IMG/VR virus record: IMGVR_UViG_2609459845_000005
DNA: 5,405 bases
DNA from: a virus
Taxonomy: Duplodnaviria > Heunggongvirae > Uroviricota > Caudoviricetes
Direction: 5' to 3' (one strand)
Made by a program: the position numbers and the translations under genes. Positions 5,384 through 5,405 of the stretch are shown here, one piece after another (position 1 is the first letter of the stretch; every line of letters starts with the position of its first letter). A model generated the notes under the pieces. The model saw only the letters and a program-made list of their open reading frames with translations. It had not been told where the DNA came from and made no database searches.

Positions 5384-5405
5384 TTTGTGGTAAATGGGCG
5401 GCTGG

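Noticed and set aside
1-5405. CRISPR arrays, tRNA or rRNA genes
   Set aside because: I found no regularly spaced direct repeats and no cloverleaf-like or rRNA-like segments. The only repeats seen are the short ones listed in the findings.

Overview
Everything I call in this 5.4 kb window is on the + strand and it reads as the early-to-late junction of a Qin-like lambdoid prophage, interrupted at its left edge by IS1. In order: (1) the right-hand ~490 bp of IS1 (insA 3' end, the A6C frameshift site, insB', terminal inverted repeat); (2) a compact AT-rich cassette of three small unannotatable genes (70, 72 and 87 aa; the middle one a single-pass membrane protein) directly abutting IS1; (3) two tandem paralogous small genes with an overlapping stop/start; (4) a complete hok/mok/sok-type type I toxin-antitoxin locus whose toxin I recognise as HokD-like, with recognisable promoter, 5'/3' fold-back complementarity and a UUCG-tetraloop terminator; (5) a tightly coupled operon of a rem-like small protein, a 349-aa YdfU-like (DUF968) protein, a RusA-family Holliday-junction resolvase and a 273-aa Q-like protein carrying four DnaJ-type CxxCxGxG zinc-finger repeats; (6) a candidate late promoter plus strong intrinsic terminator (PR'/tR'-like) and a 65-aa HTH-like cargo gene with its own terminator. 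I see no rRNA, tRNA or CRISPR. The best candidate for something undescribed is the AT-rich three-gene cassette next to IS1, with the tandem paralog pair and the cargo gene downstream of Q as secondary candidates. Nothing here was searched against a database: identifications rest on my recollection of these protein families and on motifs visible in the sequence.
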